Source of the DNA: Octopus vulgaris | Lineage: Eukaryota | NCBI GenBank assembly: GCA_951406725.2 | Contig: OX597831.1 | Span: 5,828,001-5,892,000 of the forward strand | Length of the DNA: 64,000 nucleotides | Direction of reading: 5' to 3' | In this document: positions 26,623 to 41,459 of the stretch, in pieces | How the letters are laid out: each line of letters starts with the position of its first letter | Position numbering within the stretch: the stretch's first letter is position 1 | The notes under the pieces: model-generated | Databases searched by the model: none | Told to the model about the DNA's origin: nothing | Seen by the model: the letters and a program-made list of their open reading frames with translations, nothing else | Program-made: the position numbers and the translations under genes

Positions 26623-26734
26623 ATGGCTACTGAATAATTGTCACATATTGCATTTACAGATACACACACACACATACATATATATATACACATATATATA
26701 CATATATACATATACATATATATATATATATATA

Positions 26735-26829
<95 letters not shown>

Positions 26830-26831
<2 letters not shown>

Positions 26832-27040
26832 CGGGAAGCTTTATGAAAATAGACAAAAGACGAAGGCAGGTGGAAAACAAACAAACAATTGTATTAGTAT
26901 GGCGCTCAGGAAATATAAATAAAACAAGCCTTTAACGTTTCGAGCCTACGCTCTTCAACAGAAAGATACACAGAGAGAAAAAAACACAGAAAGAAGGAGA
27001 GAAAAAAATGCGTGCAGTAACTAACGAATCAACATGGCGA
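26830..27040 (-). mobile_element. Hammerhead-like element family H2 between (TA)n tracts
   Basis: Reverse complement of 13285-13494; motif at 26931-26964. Confidence 0.7.
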
Positions 27041-27069
27041 TATATATATATACACATATATATATACAT

Positions 27070-27136
<67 letters not shown>

Positions 27137-27608
27137 TATATATATGCATATATATATGCTTCACGGTTGACACGACAGACGTAGTTATATTGATATACGT
27201 TAAACATTTCCAAAGGTAATTATATTACGTCATTTCCTGTTTCGCCGGAAGCTATCCAGTGATGATTAAAATATCATTAATATTACTTGACGAAACAGAA
27301 TTCCATTTAGAGAAATTATTTGGAAATATCTGAGTGAACTTATAACTATGGCTTCGCTTATTCTGCGAGTATACGCATAAAAAATGAATCAAGTATATAA
27401 GTATTACCTCCATCTCTTCATATTGAGGACGAAAAAAATTTATGCTTAAAGTATTGTGTAAATGCACGTATATATTTACACACCTGTATAAATGTATGCA
27501 CCTGCACACATATTATATTTATGTGTGTGGTGTGCATGAATGTATACTTCATATGTGTATGTATGTATATGCGTGTGTATGTGTGTGTATATGTGTATAA
27601 ATACATAC

Positions 27609-27673
<65 letters not shown>

Positions 27674-27780
27674 TATATATATATATTGTGCATGACGCAT
27701 TGTTTAATATTTTTCTGTAGTTTCAGCTTAGAGCTGCGGCCATATAAATATAATATAATATAAATTAAAAGCATAAATAT

Positions 27781-27816
<36 letters not shown>

Positions 27817-28067
27817 GTGCACACACACACTCGCGCGTGCACACACACACTTTAGTATATAGTCAGGAAGGGAATATATTTCTAATAGTATGCAAACAGC
27901 TACAATATTAATCAATATGTCTGTTTGTATACGCATACACATATGCTTAATATTTATATATAAATATGTGTACATTCACTCACACACACACGCACACACA
28001 CATATATATGTATGTATGTATATATTTATATACATATATATATATATATACAGATATATGTGCATAT

Positions 28068-28149
<82 letters not shown>

Positions 28150-28306
28150 CGAGAGAAATGAATATATAGATAGTCAGACATACAGACTGACAGACAGACA
28201 AATAGACAGACAGACAGATAGATAGATAGACAGACACATACACACACATACAGGTACATATATGTGTGTGTGTGTGCATATATATATGGATATGTGTGTA
28301 TATATA

Positions 28307-28358
<52 letters not shown>

Positions 28359-28682
28359 TGTGTGTATGTGTGCCTGCGCGTGTGTATGAGTGTATGTTTG
28401 TGTGTGTGTGTGTGTGCATTACATTTTAAAAAACTACGTTTTGAAGACTCGGCACTTGACTCATTAAATTTCTTCTTTTTCTCTTTCGTTTCTCATTTTT
28501 TCCCCCTAATTAAAATTAAGGAATACGTTTTCCCTGACATTTCTCATGATTACATAACATTGTCATTTTTTTTTTTTTTTCATGATATAACAAGGCAATT
28601 ATTTTACAGCCAAGAGACAAAAACACAAGGCAACATTTCATTAAAAAATATTTCAAGAATTGTGGACCAAAAAAGCGTTGAA

Positions 28683-29400
28683 CCGGCAGAATCGTTAGCA
28701 CGCCGGGCGAAATGCTTTGCGGTATTTCACCTGTCGCAACGTTGTGAGTTTAAATTCCGCCGAGGTCGACTTTGCCTTTCATCCTTTCGGGGTCGATTAA
28801 ATAAGTACCAGTTACGCACTGGGGTCGATGTAATCGACTTAATACCTATGTCTGCCGTTTCGTTCTGAGTTCCAATTCCGCCGAGGTCGACTTTACCTTT
28901 CATCCTTTCAGGGTCGATCAAATAAGTACCAGTTACGCACTGGGGTCGATGTAATCGACTTAATCCGTTTGTCTGTCCTTGTTTGTGCTCTCTATGTTTA
29001 GCCTTTTGTGGGTAGTAAAGAAATCGGTATTTCGTCTGCCGCTGCGTTCTGAGTTCAAATTCCACCAAAGTCGACTTTGCCTTTCATCTCTCCGGGGTCG
29101 ATAAATTAAGTACCAGTGAATCCTCAACCCTCAAATTTTAGGCCTTGTGCTTAGAGTAGAAAGGATTATTATCATGATTATTAGTAGCAGTATGAAGGCG
29201 GCGAGGTGGGAGAATCGTTAGAACGCCGGACGAAATGCTTAGTCTCTAGGTTCCGAGTTCAAATTCCACTGAGGTCGACTTTGCATTTCATCCTTTCGGT
29301 GTTCATGAAATAAGTACCAGTTGTTCACTGGAGTCAATGTAATCGACTAGTCCCCGTCCCACCCACCCCAAAATCTCAGGCTTTGTGCCTTCAGTAGAAA
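28683..29400 (+). mobile_element. SINE family C trimer followed by a separate monomer (from ~29197)
   Basis: Repeated GAGTT(C/T)AAATTCC..CCTTTCATCC units; junction AAAGAAATC|GGTATTTCG at ~29025. Confidence 0.8.
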
Positions 29401-29693
29401 GGTTCAATGTAACTGACTTACCCGCTCTCCCGAAATTGCTTACGTTGTGCCAAAATTTGAAACCAATATTTATGGACAAAAAATAGAAAAGATCATTAGT
29501 TCTTTAAGTTCTGATTTTTAATAATATATTCTCGAAGTCCATCGAAGTTCTATGACATCCTCTTTAGTTTCTGGATAAATAATGGTAATTTATTATAGAA
29601 TCAATTTCAGATGTCAACTATAAACATGAGGTACTGTCACTTCCTCGCGTATTGTCATCGACAGCGCCGTCTTAAGATATGGTTACACTAGAC

Positions 29694-30007
29694 CAGGGGT
29701 TCTCAAAGTGGGCAGGACTGTCCCCTTGGGAGTAGTGGAAAGATCCAGGGTGAGGCGTTGAAGAAAAGTGAGATGATAATGGGGTGGCCAAAATGGGATG
29801 ATATATGTAATAAAATATATATTAATACGATAATTAGGTTTAAGTTTTATTTGTGAAATACAGATGTTTTGAATTTGCTGCAGAAAGTGGTCTATATTTA
29901 TGGTGAGGAGAGGAAGGGGGCGCTAGAAATGTTGCCTGGGTGCCTAGGGGGCGTTAGGAATATGGGTGCCAAGGGGGCGTTAGCCTAAAAACGTTTGAGA
30001 ACCACTG
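29694..30007. mobile_element. hAT (Charlie/Buster-like) MITE
   Basis: TIRs CAGGGGTTCTCAAA / TTTGAGAACCACTG; 8-bp TSD CACTAGAC / CACAAGAC. Confidence 0.85.
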
Positions 30008-30787
30008 CACAAGACAGTCGCTCAAAGGCCGCACGGGTTTAGGGGACTCATTCTGGTCAATGTATGCTTTGGTTTACAGTCCGTTATTAAATACTATGGG
30101 GCCCAAAGTATTGATTTGCTCGGGGGTGCTATATTACTGTTGAGAAGACCCTGATTATAGCCGAGCATTTCCCTGCTCGTTGATGTTAGTTCTTGTCTCA
30201 TCAGAAAACTCACTTGGCCCCTGTGTCTGTTTTTAGCTTGTTGTATGGTTGTTCTATGCATATCGTGAGATTTGTTCTTTACCTTTGGAGGGCAAATTCC
30301 AACAAAGTCATCTCCGTCCTTCATTCTTCTTGATACCATAATACGTATACCAATAACTGTATCTCTCTGTACCGCTTCATCAGAAGAGTTCAGTTACTCA
30401 TTCTCATGGCCATAATGGTTAGGAAAATGAATAACCGGTCTTTCATGATGCCATTAAAATAAGCTCCGGAGGTTTTTCTGTTCTGGACGCATAAGAGAAA
30501 AACGTGATTGAGTCACCGTATTTAGCATTTAAAGCGACCTTTAAAATATGTTTATTAAAATCACAAGACGTAAATTCACACTACACCTTTCTGTCTGGCT
30601 GTCTGCCTGCCCTCCCTCTCTCCCTCTCTCTCTCTCTCTCCCTCTCTCTCTCTCTCTCCCTCTCTCTCTCTTAACATTGGTATTGAAATGATAGATATGT
30701 AATTTTTTTAAATATTTCTAAATTATCTATTATGGGAACAGTTTATGGAATAAATTCTTTTATATATTTTATATATGCTTACGTACA

Positions 30788-30827
<40 letters not shown>

Positions 30828-31118
30828 AGGCTCCCAAATAAGGAAGCTTAGTGCTAGAGACACAAAGAGGGATAAATTCATGGAGAGAGTGAAATTCAAA
30901 AACATTTACCATTAACGATATATCCCGGACTGATCAGTTTCTACCTCTTTCTAGCAAAACAGACAGAATATGTTTGCCAAGTCAAGGTTCGTGAGCGGGA
31001 CGCCTTCCTAATTCTAGATGCACAGAGCGTTAGAGCACATGTCGATCTAACAATTTGTATATCTTAACTTTTAAAATCCCTTTTTTTTTTTTCACATACA
31101 TACATATATATATATATA

Positions 31119-31368
31119 ATTATTACATTAAGAGCTGTTACTATAAGTAAAGCCACACGCTGGAAAGACATGCTAAAGTCAAACTACTTTATCAAATAAA
31201 CACACGTACTGAAGTCGAGGACATGAACAAAGAAAAAAATTCTTTTAAAAGGTTCATTTGCAACTGAACCTTTTAAAGTAGTTTGACTTTAGCATCCCTA
31301 TAAGTATAAGCACCCCTATAAGTAAAGCCTGTGGCTTTACTTATAGAAACAGCTCTTAATGTAATAAT
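31119..31368. repeat. Nested fold-back (three inverted-repeat pairs)
   Basis: A ~39-bp outer pair, a 21-bp pair ATGCTAAAGTCAAACTACTTT / AAAGTAGTTTGACTTTAGCAT, and an inner hairpin TTTAAAAGGTTCA..TGAACCTTTTAAA. Confidence 0.85.
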
Positions 31369-31432
31369 GTATTTCAAAAACTTATATACTTCGTATTAAT
31401 TTTTACTTTTTGGGTTTTACACGCTGGCTACT

Positions 31433-31850
31433 TGATGGCTGTGTGGTAAGTAGCTTGCTTACCAACTACATGGTTCCGGGTTCAGTCCCACTGCATGGCA
31501 CCTTGGGCAAGTGTCTTCTACTATAGCCTCGGGCCGATCATAACCTTGTGGATGGATTTCGTAGACGGAACCTGAAAGAAGCCCGTCGTATATATGTATA
31601 TGTATATATGTGTGTGTGTGTGTGTGTGTCTGTGTTTGTGTATCTGTGTTTGTCCCCCCCCCCAAGCAACATCGCTTGACAACCGATGCTGGTGTGTTCA
31701 CGTACCCGTAACTTAGCGGTTCGGCAAAGAAGACCGATAGAATAAGAACTAGGCTTACAAAGAATAAGTCCTGGGGGTGATCTCCTCGACTAAAGGCGGT
31801 GCTTCAGCATGGCCGCAGTCAAATGACTGAAACAAGTAAAAGAGAAAGAG
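31433..31850 (+). mobile_element. SINE family B
   Basis: Colinear with 2916-3337. Confidence 0.85.
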
Positions 31851-31858
31851 AATATTTA

Positions 31859-31930
<72 letters not shown>

Positions 31931-32069
31931 TCACACACAGACACACAGACATACACACATTGGTGAGCACAACTGTCCGACGAACGGGAGCCTGAAACTC
32001 TCAGCAACAGTTCTGTGATAATTTTGTAGTATTATATATATAAGTATATATTTGTGTGTGTATATATAC

Positions 32070-32141
<72 letters not shown>

Positions 32142-32769
32142 TACATATATATATGCATATATATATATATATATATATATCTTCAAATAAATGTGTGTGT
32201 GTTCTTGTATATGTGCGTGCTTGTGTGTATGTGCCCGAAGGCCTTGTGGTTATGCTGTTGTGCTCATGATCTCAAGATCATGACATCTATTACCGGAGAG
32301 GCTGCCGTGTTACATTCTTGACCAAAAAAACTTCATTTCACGTTGCTCTGCGATCACCTCACCATCCGACATGTGGCACACCGTGCACCTGTATTAGTGA
32401 AGTCGATTTAGTGGCGGGTGTAGGCAAACATAGAAGACAAACTTTCGATCACGATATTTATATATATACACACTGTTCCTATATAACGCAGACAAGGTGA
32501 TTCGATATCGTTACGGAAGTGATATGAGTACGTGATATTGAGAAGCCGCAACAACGGCGAAATGCGTATCTATCGCTTTTGCAATTACTTTTGTTTAGCT
32601 CTGAAATATACTTTATTATTATTTTTTTTTTAGCACAAAAAGCCAGTAAAGGGATTTTTCCCCAACGAAAACCGCAGTTTCCGGCGTTTCAACTACACAC
32701 ATATATTAACATTGTTATATTGATAGATTAGAGTTTTTTACTTTAAGAGCTGCTTCAATTGCATAACTC

Positions 32770-32829
<60 letters not shown>

Positions 32830-32931
32830 TATATACATATATGTATACATATATATATACATATATATATACTATATATATATACATATATATATATACA
32901 AATACATGCATATATATGTATATATATATAC

Positions 32932-33014
<83 letters not shown>

Positions 33015-33661
33015 TATATATATACAAATACATACATATTTGTGTATATATACATATATGTATATATATATATGTATATACGTATATGTGTGTGTGCATC
33101 TATACATACATACATACATACATACATACATACATACATGCATACATACATACTTATCACATCAACCTGTTTTAACTCATTCACCAATCTATATTTCTTA
33201 TCATATCTCTTTCATTCCTAAAAAAAAAGAAAAAAATATTCCAATAGTCGATTGAAGAGAGACTCATTACCATTCTTCTTCAAACAAAGAATCTAAAACA
33301 AAAACTGATTAAAAATACTTCCATAATACCATTTTCTATTTCACTGCAAGATGTTCTGTCCGATACAATTCTTAGATAATTCCAAAACTGTCATTTTCAC
33401 ATAATCGTAAATTACCACTTTACAAACGCTCTCCATTTCCCCATTCCCCGGTGTATTGTTATTTTGTTGGTGTTTTCGTCCATAACGCTGTTGTTGTTGT
33501 TGTTGTTGATCTTATTGTAGTAGTAGTAGTAGCAGTAGTAGCAGTTGTTGTTGTTCTTCTTCTTGCTGTTATTATTATTATTAATATTATTATAATTGTT
33601 ATTATTATTACTATTATTATTATTATTATTAATATTATTATAATTGTTACTATTATTATTA

Positions 33662-33714
<53 letters not shown>

Positions 33715-33755
33715 ATTTTTGTTGTTGTTGTTGTTGTTCTTCTTCTTCTTCTTGC

Positions 33756-33798
<43 letters not shown>

Positions 33799-33992
33799 TA
33801 TATTTCACATTTATATACGTGAGTGAAATAAATCATTATTATTATTATCGTTGTTGTTGTTGTTGTTGCTATTATTATTTTCATTATTATTATTTTTATC
33901 ATTAGCCATTATCATTATTATTTAGTATTTTAGTAGTAGTGGTGGTGGTCGTGGTGGTGGTCGTGGTGGTGGTGTGGTGGTGGTAGTAGTAT

Positions 33993-34061
<69 letters not shown>

Positions 34062-34122
34062 CAGCAGCAGCAGTGCTGAAGCATCGGCATTTAGTTCTGA
34101 TTCTGTCTGGATTGTTGTGTGT

Positions 34123-34161
<39 letters not shown>

Positions 34162-34619
34162 CGTGCACGCGCGCGCGTGTATGTGTGTGTAAGTTTGGCA
34201 GGGAAGAATTGTTCTGTGACGTTGTTTTGTGGTCTGTCTTCGTATGTGTGTGTTTGTGTGTGTGTGTGTGTGTGTGGCGGCGGCGAACTGGAAGAATTGT
34301 TAGCATGCCGGGAGAAATGCTCGGCCGTATTTCGCCGGTCTTTACATTCTCAGTTCAAGTTCCACCGTGGCCGACTGCGCCCTTCATCATTTTGGTCTCC
34401 ATAACATAAGGACTAGTTAGGCACTGGGGGTCGATCTACTCGACTTACCTACTCCTGGGTACGAATACAGAAACTGCATCCTTCTGCCCAGTCATTTCAT
34501 GCCAGTATGGCAGGATAGGCTCACCAAACCAGTATGATCTTAAGCCATTCTCTTGTAGAGAGAACTTTAATGGAAAGACCCTCGTCCTGCAGTGAACGGA
34601 AGATGGGCAATCTAATCCA

Positions 34620-34780
34620 AGGCGCTGGTGTGGTTGAGTGGTAAGCAGCTTACTTCCCAACCACGTGGTTTTAGGTTCAGTCCCACTGTGTGACACCTTG
34701 GGAAAGTGCCTTCTACTATAGCCTCGGGCTGACCAAAGATTGGTAGACGGAAACTGAAAGAAACCTGTCGTGTGTATGTG

Positions 34781-34842
<62 letters not shown>

Positions 34843-34858
34843 CGTGTGTGTGTGTGTA

Positions 34859-34947
<89 letters not shown>

Positions 34948-35160
34948 TTTCAGTTTGTTCCTCCACCATTGCTTAACAACCGATGTTGGTGTTTTTACGT
35001 CCCCGTAACTTAGTGGTTCGGCAAAAGGGCCTGGTAGAATAAGTACTAAGCTTGCAAAGAATAAGTCCTGGGGGTCGATTTTCTCGACTAAAGCATCTTA
35101 AGGCGGAGCTCCAGCATGGCCGCAGTCAAATGACTGAAACAAGTAAAATAATGAAAGAAT
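34620..35160 (+). mobile_element. SINE family B with expanded internal microsatellite
   Basis: Colinear with 2916-3337; internal (TA)/(TG) tract is ~175 bp. Confidence 0.8.
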
Positions 35161-35299
35161 TTTTGCGTGTGTGGTTGTGTGTATGTATATGTGTGTGTGT
35201 GTGTGCATGTGTGTGTTAGAGTGGGAGTGAGTGTAAGTTTATAAATGGTCTGGTCTTCCATATATGCGTGTATGCATTTCTTGTATATATGTATGTACG

Positions 35300-35725
<426 letters not shown>

Positions 35726-36221
35726 GAAAGAAAAGTCACACAGGTAATGGATATAATGGATACTTAGACATTTTATTCTCGCTTACTCGTTTTCCAATAG
35801 GGTGAGAAAATCATAAACGCACTTATTAATCGATTACCCGAAGATGATAAAAAGAGTGAATCTATTCTCTATCTTAATTCAGTCGATCAATTACGACATC
35901 GATTAATAAATGCGATTATTGCGTTAGGGAACTACGATTCTCCGGCCTTATCGGAAATTTGCGTAAACCGAAATATAATGGATAAATATTCGTTACTTTT
36001 GTGCCTTCTCTTTGTTACTCCGTAACGCGATACCAATTTTAATTGGTAACTGATCTTCGGATTTACAAATTAGGCCGATGACAATGAGTTAAAGTACGGA
36101 TTATGCCAATTTCTACATCTATCACACCTCAATTTAGTTAGCCAGGCTTATTTTGTTTTATTCACTAATGCCTTGTAACGTATTCGCCCTAATCCTAAAT
36201 CCTTTTTTCATTTGATGTAAA

Positions 36222-36287
<66 letters not shown>

Positions 36288-36457
36288 CCAAATCATATTT
36301 ACACTTTTGGCCTTGAATCCAATCAAACGTGACATTCGTTTTTGCTTTCTTCCCTAGTTCTCTTAATCCTCCGTAAAGGAGGGTTTAATACTCGAGGTAT
36401 CAGTTGCAAGGATACGCACTATGTCTAAAGATAGATGAATATCATATAATATTTCTG

Positions 36458-36502
<45 letters not shown>

Positions 36503-36771
36503 AGATAAGAAAATGGAGAAATACATCTAAATCAAATATCAATTACCAGATAATACTCAATCACATACTTTATTAAACCACCACATAAGAGACTGTAGGT
36601 TAAATATAAAAAGCAGAACAAATCAGTGTACATAAAGGAATGTACATAAAAAAGTGTACATAAAAGAGTAATGTTGTATAATAAGTAGAATATATATAAA
36701 AGAGAATATACATATAAGTAAATATAAATATAAGTATAGATTGGGTTGTATTTACAACCCCTATCTCAATT

Positions 36772-36832
<61 letters not shown>

Positions 36833-36899
36833 CGTCTTTAGTCGAAAGACACTGGTTGTTATGTCCTGTTATTATTTTTATTGTATTTATATTTGTGTA

Positions 36900-37571
36900 C
36901 TTTGAGAATGAGGAACCAGCCGTTGGCTTGCCTTGTCCCCAAACTATGTACCAAGAATGATAAAAATCAAACATCCAGTCAACATCATGGTGTTTGGTGG
37001 GATTAGTAGTGATGGTGATGTTGTGCCTCCATTCATCTTCCCACACAGCCTCACACTTAACACGGAGGTCGACATCAAGTGCCTGGAGGAGGTAGTGCTG
37101 CCCTGGGTCTAAAAGGTGGCTGCCGGAAGACCCTATGGCTGGGAACAGAAGTCTGCATCATGCCACACAAGCAGGAGAACCCAGTCATGGCTGTCAGACA
37201 ATTTCTGCAACCACATCACTTCTAACATCTGGCCACCTAACTCCCCAGACTGCAACTCCCTTTGTTTATTATGTGTGGGGTGCAGTTGAGCAAGAGACCA
37301 ACAAATCCCCTTGTAACACCATAGAAGAACTAAAGGCAAGGATTATGGCAGCATTCACCAACTTAAACAAGGAGACCGTCCAGGAGAATCGCAGGAGATT
37401 CCGAAGTCGTCTGGAGGCCGTGGTTGAAGGCAACAGCGATTGTATTGAAAAAATTTACTCTTTAGTATTTCAAGATATTTTCATGTAATCTTGGTAAATA
37501 TATTTGTTAAAATGAGATGTCAGTGTTATTTTCATTTTTGCGTAATTTAGATAATTTATTCACTGTACCCT
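36900..37571 (+). mobile_element. Tc1/mariner superfamily (maT/DD37D-like) transposase 3' fragment
   Basis: KHPVNIMVFGGISSDG..PPFIFP..CLEEVVLPWV..CHTSRRTQSWL..IWPPNSPDCN..YYVWGAVE..ELKARI..FRSRLEAVVEGN. Confidence 0.8.
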
Positions 37572-37633
37572 CTATATACATACATACATACATACATACA
37601 TACATACAAACATATATATACATATATATACAT

Positions 37634-37714
<81 letters not shown>

Positions 37715-38074
37715 TATATTTATATGTACACACACACACAGACACACACAAACACACACAACATTTTCCTTTTGTTTTCTTTCACAATAAACACTTTCAT
37801 ATCAAGGTTGTTAGTTTTACCTGCGATAATATTTAGAGAAAGAGATTTCACGCTGATTCGACCCAAGAATGTATGTATATTGTACGCGTCTGTGAAATAC
37901 GCAGTTACGCACATGTCAATTTAACGGGAAGGAGTTCTGTTCAAACAACTGAACAATTATCGTCGAAAACTGCGGAGAATCCATCATCATCGTCGTCGCC
38001 ATCGTCGTTGTCGTCGTCATATATAGTTGCTAGTGGAGGGGTAGTTTGCAAGTTTTTATGAGTGTTACTGTTAC

Positions 38075-38657
38075 TTATTTCTCTATTGCCCACAAGGGGC
38101 AAAACGTAGAGGGGACAAACAAGGACAGACAAAGGGATTAAGTCAATTACATCAACCCCAGCGCATAACTAGTACTTAACTGTTACTACGTGACAAATAA
38201 CCTTTACTACTCTAGGCACAAGGCCCAAAATTTCCGGGGAGGAGGCCAGTCGATTAGATCGACTCCAAAAGGATGAAATGCAAAGTCGACCCCAAAAGGA
38301 TGAAATGCAAAGTCGACCTTGTCGGAATTTGAACTGAGAACGTAAAAACAAATGAAATACTGCTAAGCATATCGCCCGGCGTGCTGACGTTTCTGCCAGC
38401 TTGCCATCCTACTACGTGACAAATATTCGTTTCTGCTCTAGGCACAAGGCCCGAAGTATTGGGGGGAAGGGGCCAGTCGATCATGTCGACCCTAGTACGC
38501 AACAGTTACTTAATTTATTGAACCCGAAAGGATGAAAGGCAAAGTCGACCTCGGCGGAATTTGAACTCAGAACATAGCGGCAGACGGAATACCGCTAAAT
38601 ATTTCGCCCGGCGTGCTAACGTTTCTGCCAGCTTGCGGTCCTACTACGTAACAAATA
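38075..38657 (-). mobile_element. Stack of family C SINEs separated by a 16-bp spacer present three times
   Basis: TACTACGT(G/A)ACAAATA at 38184, 38410 and 38642. Confidence 0.8.
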
Positions 38658-38930
38658 TCGACGCACATAATGTATAAATATGTCTGATTGTGATAATCAC
38701 TGACACACACACACACACACACATACGCGCGCATACTCATATATACAAATACTTGCACAGACACACACACAAGCATACACACGCATACACAAACAAATAG
38801 ACACGCATAAACGTACACACACAGTCACACACACGCGTATGTTGGGGGCATGCACACACATACACATATATACGCTTACAAAAACAATCATGCATAAACG
38901 CACATGCACAGAAACACACACTCACACATG

Positions 38931-38980
<50 letters not shown>

Positions 38981-39042
38981 GAGTTCCATCACAGACAAAT
39001 CAATGAAAGTAAGGAAGAGATAAATTTGTCGTTGATCAACGA

Positions 39043-39142
39043 NNNNNNNNNNNNNNNNNNNNNNNNNNNNNNNNNNNNNNNNNNNNNNNNNNNNNNNNNN
39101 NNNNNNNNNNNNNNNNNNNNNNNNNNNNNNNNNNNNNNNNNN
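39043..39142. other. Assembly gap (100 N)
   Basis: Exactly 100 N, typical of a gap of unknown size; adjacency across it is unproven. Confidence 0.99.
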
Positions 39143-39576
39143 TAACTAAAGACCCTGAATGAGATGAGACAAAGATGAAGTGTCAAAAGAGAGATGGAAG
39201 AGTTTATTGACAGCTGCCGGGTTAGGAGTGTTCGGGATGGAGTAAGAGATTAGATGTTATATAGTGATGGAGTAAGAGAGAGAGGGGGAGAGGGAGTGAG
39301 AGAAAGAGAGAGAAGGGGAATTGATGAAGAGGCTGGCTGTGATAGGATGGAGAGATTAGATTAGATAAGTTTGTGTTTGTGTGAGTTTTTTTTTCTTTGT
39401 GTGTGTGTGTGTGTGGAGGATGATGGTGAAGTGAGATATGACATGGCTGAAGAACTATGGCGACAATGTGTATGAGAAACTGAAAGTGAAAGGGGTGATA
39501 TATTTATGTATATATATATATATATATTGTGTGTGTGTGTGTGTGTACATAGATATACTTATATGTATATATATTT

Positions 39577-39662
<86 letters not shown>

Positions 39663-39667
<5 letters not shown>

Positions 39668-39856
39668 GAAAGTTTACGAAAATAAACAAAAGACGAAGGC
39701 AGGTGGAGTACAAACAAACAAATGTATTAGTACAGCGCTCAGGAATAGAAAAAGTATTTAACGTTTCGAGCCTACGCTCTTCGACAGAAAGATACACAGA
39801 AAAAAAACAAGGAGAGAAAAAATGCGTGTAGCTGCTAACGATCTATCATGGCGTCC

Positions 39857-39857
<1 letters not shown>
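39663..39857 (-). mobile_element. Hammerhead-like element family H2 between (TA)n tracts
   Basis: Minus strand TTT-CTGTCGA-A-GAGCGTAGGCTC-GAAACGTT-AAA at 39757-39790. Confidence 0.7.
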
Positions 39858-39927
<70 letters not shown>

Positions 39928-39939
39928 TACACGCGCACA

Positions 39940-40047
39940 TATTCTTTTGCCGAACCGGTAAGTTACGCGAGGTAAACACACCAGCAACGGTTGTTAAGCG
40001 ATGGTGGGAGGACAAACACATATACAAATGTATACATACATACTTAC

Positions 40048-40108
<61 letters not shown>

Positions 40109-40265
40109 AACGACAGGCTTCTTTTTCTTTCCGTCTACCAAATCCACTCACAAGGCTTTGGTCAATCCGCGGCTATAGGAGAAGACACTTGCCTAAGGTG
40201 CCACACAGTGGGACTGAACCCGGAACCATGTGGATGGGAAACAAGATTCTTACCACTCAGCCACT
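39940..40265 (-). mobile_element. SINE family B, 3'-truncated
   Basis: Reverse complement of the family B head and body. Confidence 0.8.
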
Positions 40266-40273
40266 CATATATA

Positions 40274-41040
40274 CAGGGTTTGGACAAAATAATGGAAACA
40301 CCTAGCATCATAGCATCATAATTTTGAAATACCTATAAAACCGTTAAAAAGCTCGTCTATTTTTATGTTTTTTGATTTACTATTAGTGTTGCTTAATATT
40401 TTTTGCTAAAATTGCCGTTTCTTTTCAGATATCAGAAAAGGGTAATTAAAATTCATTAAAATGACAGATCTATCGGACTTTCAAAGAGATCAATTGTTGG
40501 TGCTCGTATGACAGGCGCTAACGTAACGAAAACAGCTGAAATGATTCCGGTGGAAATCCACCGGCATCAATAGTTTCCCTTCATAGCAGAATTAGTAGTG
40601 AAGACTATTTAAGCATTTTATCTGATCAAATTCTTCCTATCGTTGCGGAACTGTTTCTGGAGGGAAACGCAATCTTTCAGTATGGTAATGCACCAATTCA
40701 CACAGCTAAAGTTGTTACTGAATGGCACGTGGAACATTCTAGTGAAGCTGAACATCTTATCTGGCCACCACAGTCTCCAGATCTCAATATTATTCAACAT
40801 TTATTGTACATTTTAGAAGAACAAGTAAGGAGTCGATATTATCCACCATCATCACTACACGAACTGGAGACTGTTTTAACTGAAGAATGGACAACAATTC
40901 CTTTGGAAACAATTGAAACTTTGTACGAGTCCATACCTCGTAGAATTCAAACTGCAATTACTGCCAAAGGCGGTCCTACTCCATATTAAAATAAATTTGT
41001 TTGAAATGTTAAATTTTTCCATTATTTTGTTCAACCCTTG
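40274..41040 (+). mobile_element. Internally deleted Tc1-like element
   Basis: TA-flanked TIRs CAGGGTTTGGACAAAATAATGGAAA / TTTCCATTATTTTGTTCAACCCTTG; MTDLSDFQR..; IFQYGNAPIH..WPPQSPDLNII..SIPRRIQTAITAKGGPTPY*. Confidence 0.9.
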
Positions 41041-41072
41041 TATATCTATCTATCTGTCTGTCTATCTATCTA

Positions 41073-41142
<70 letters not shown>

Positions 41143-41147
<5 letters not shown>

Positions 41148-41459
41148 TTTGGATTTGGTTTGCAAGATTCTTTATGTGAGTCCGTATGTTGAAGCATATT
41201 CTGTTGTGTCTGGGGAGAGTCATTTTATTTTTGTGCCTTACAATGTAACACACTCACCGGTAAAATTTCCACTTATTTCATATTTTTATTCTCCTAACAT
41301 TTTCGTTGCGTCTTGCAACCTTTTCAATAGTCAAGACTATTGAAAAGGTTGCAAGACGCAACGAAAATGTTAAGAAATAAAAATAAGGAATAAGGGGAAA
41401 TTTTACCGGTGAGTGTGTTACATTGTAAGGCACAAAAAAGAAAATGACTCTCCCCGGAC

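Noticed and set aside
30094-30339. 81-aa minus-strand ORF and nearby CTGATGA strings
   Set aside because: No family recognised and no hammerhead stems.
38990-39500. Any structure spanning the N gap; weak PLE-like end after it
   Set aside because: Gap size and orientation are unknown, and the similarity is limited to a CRH tripeptide.
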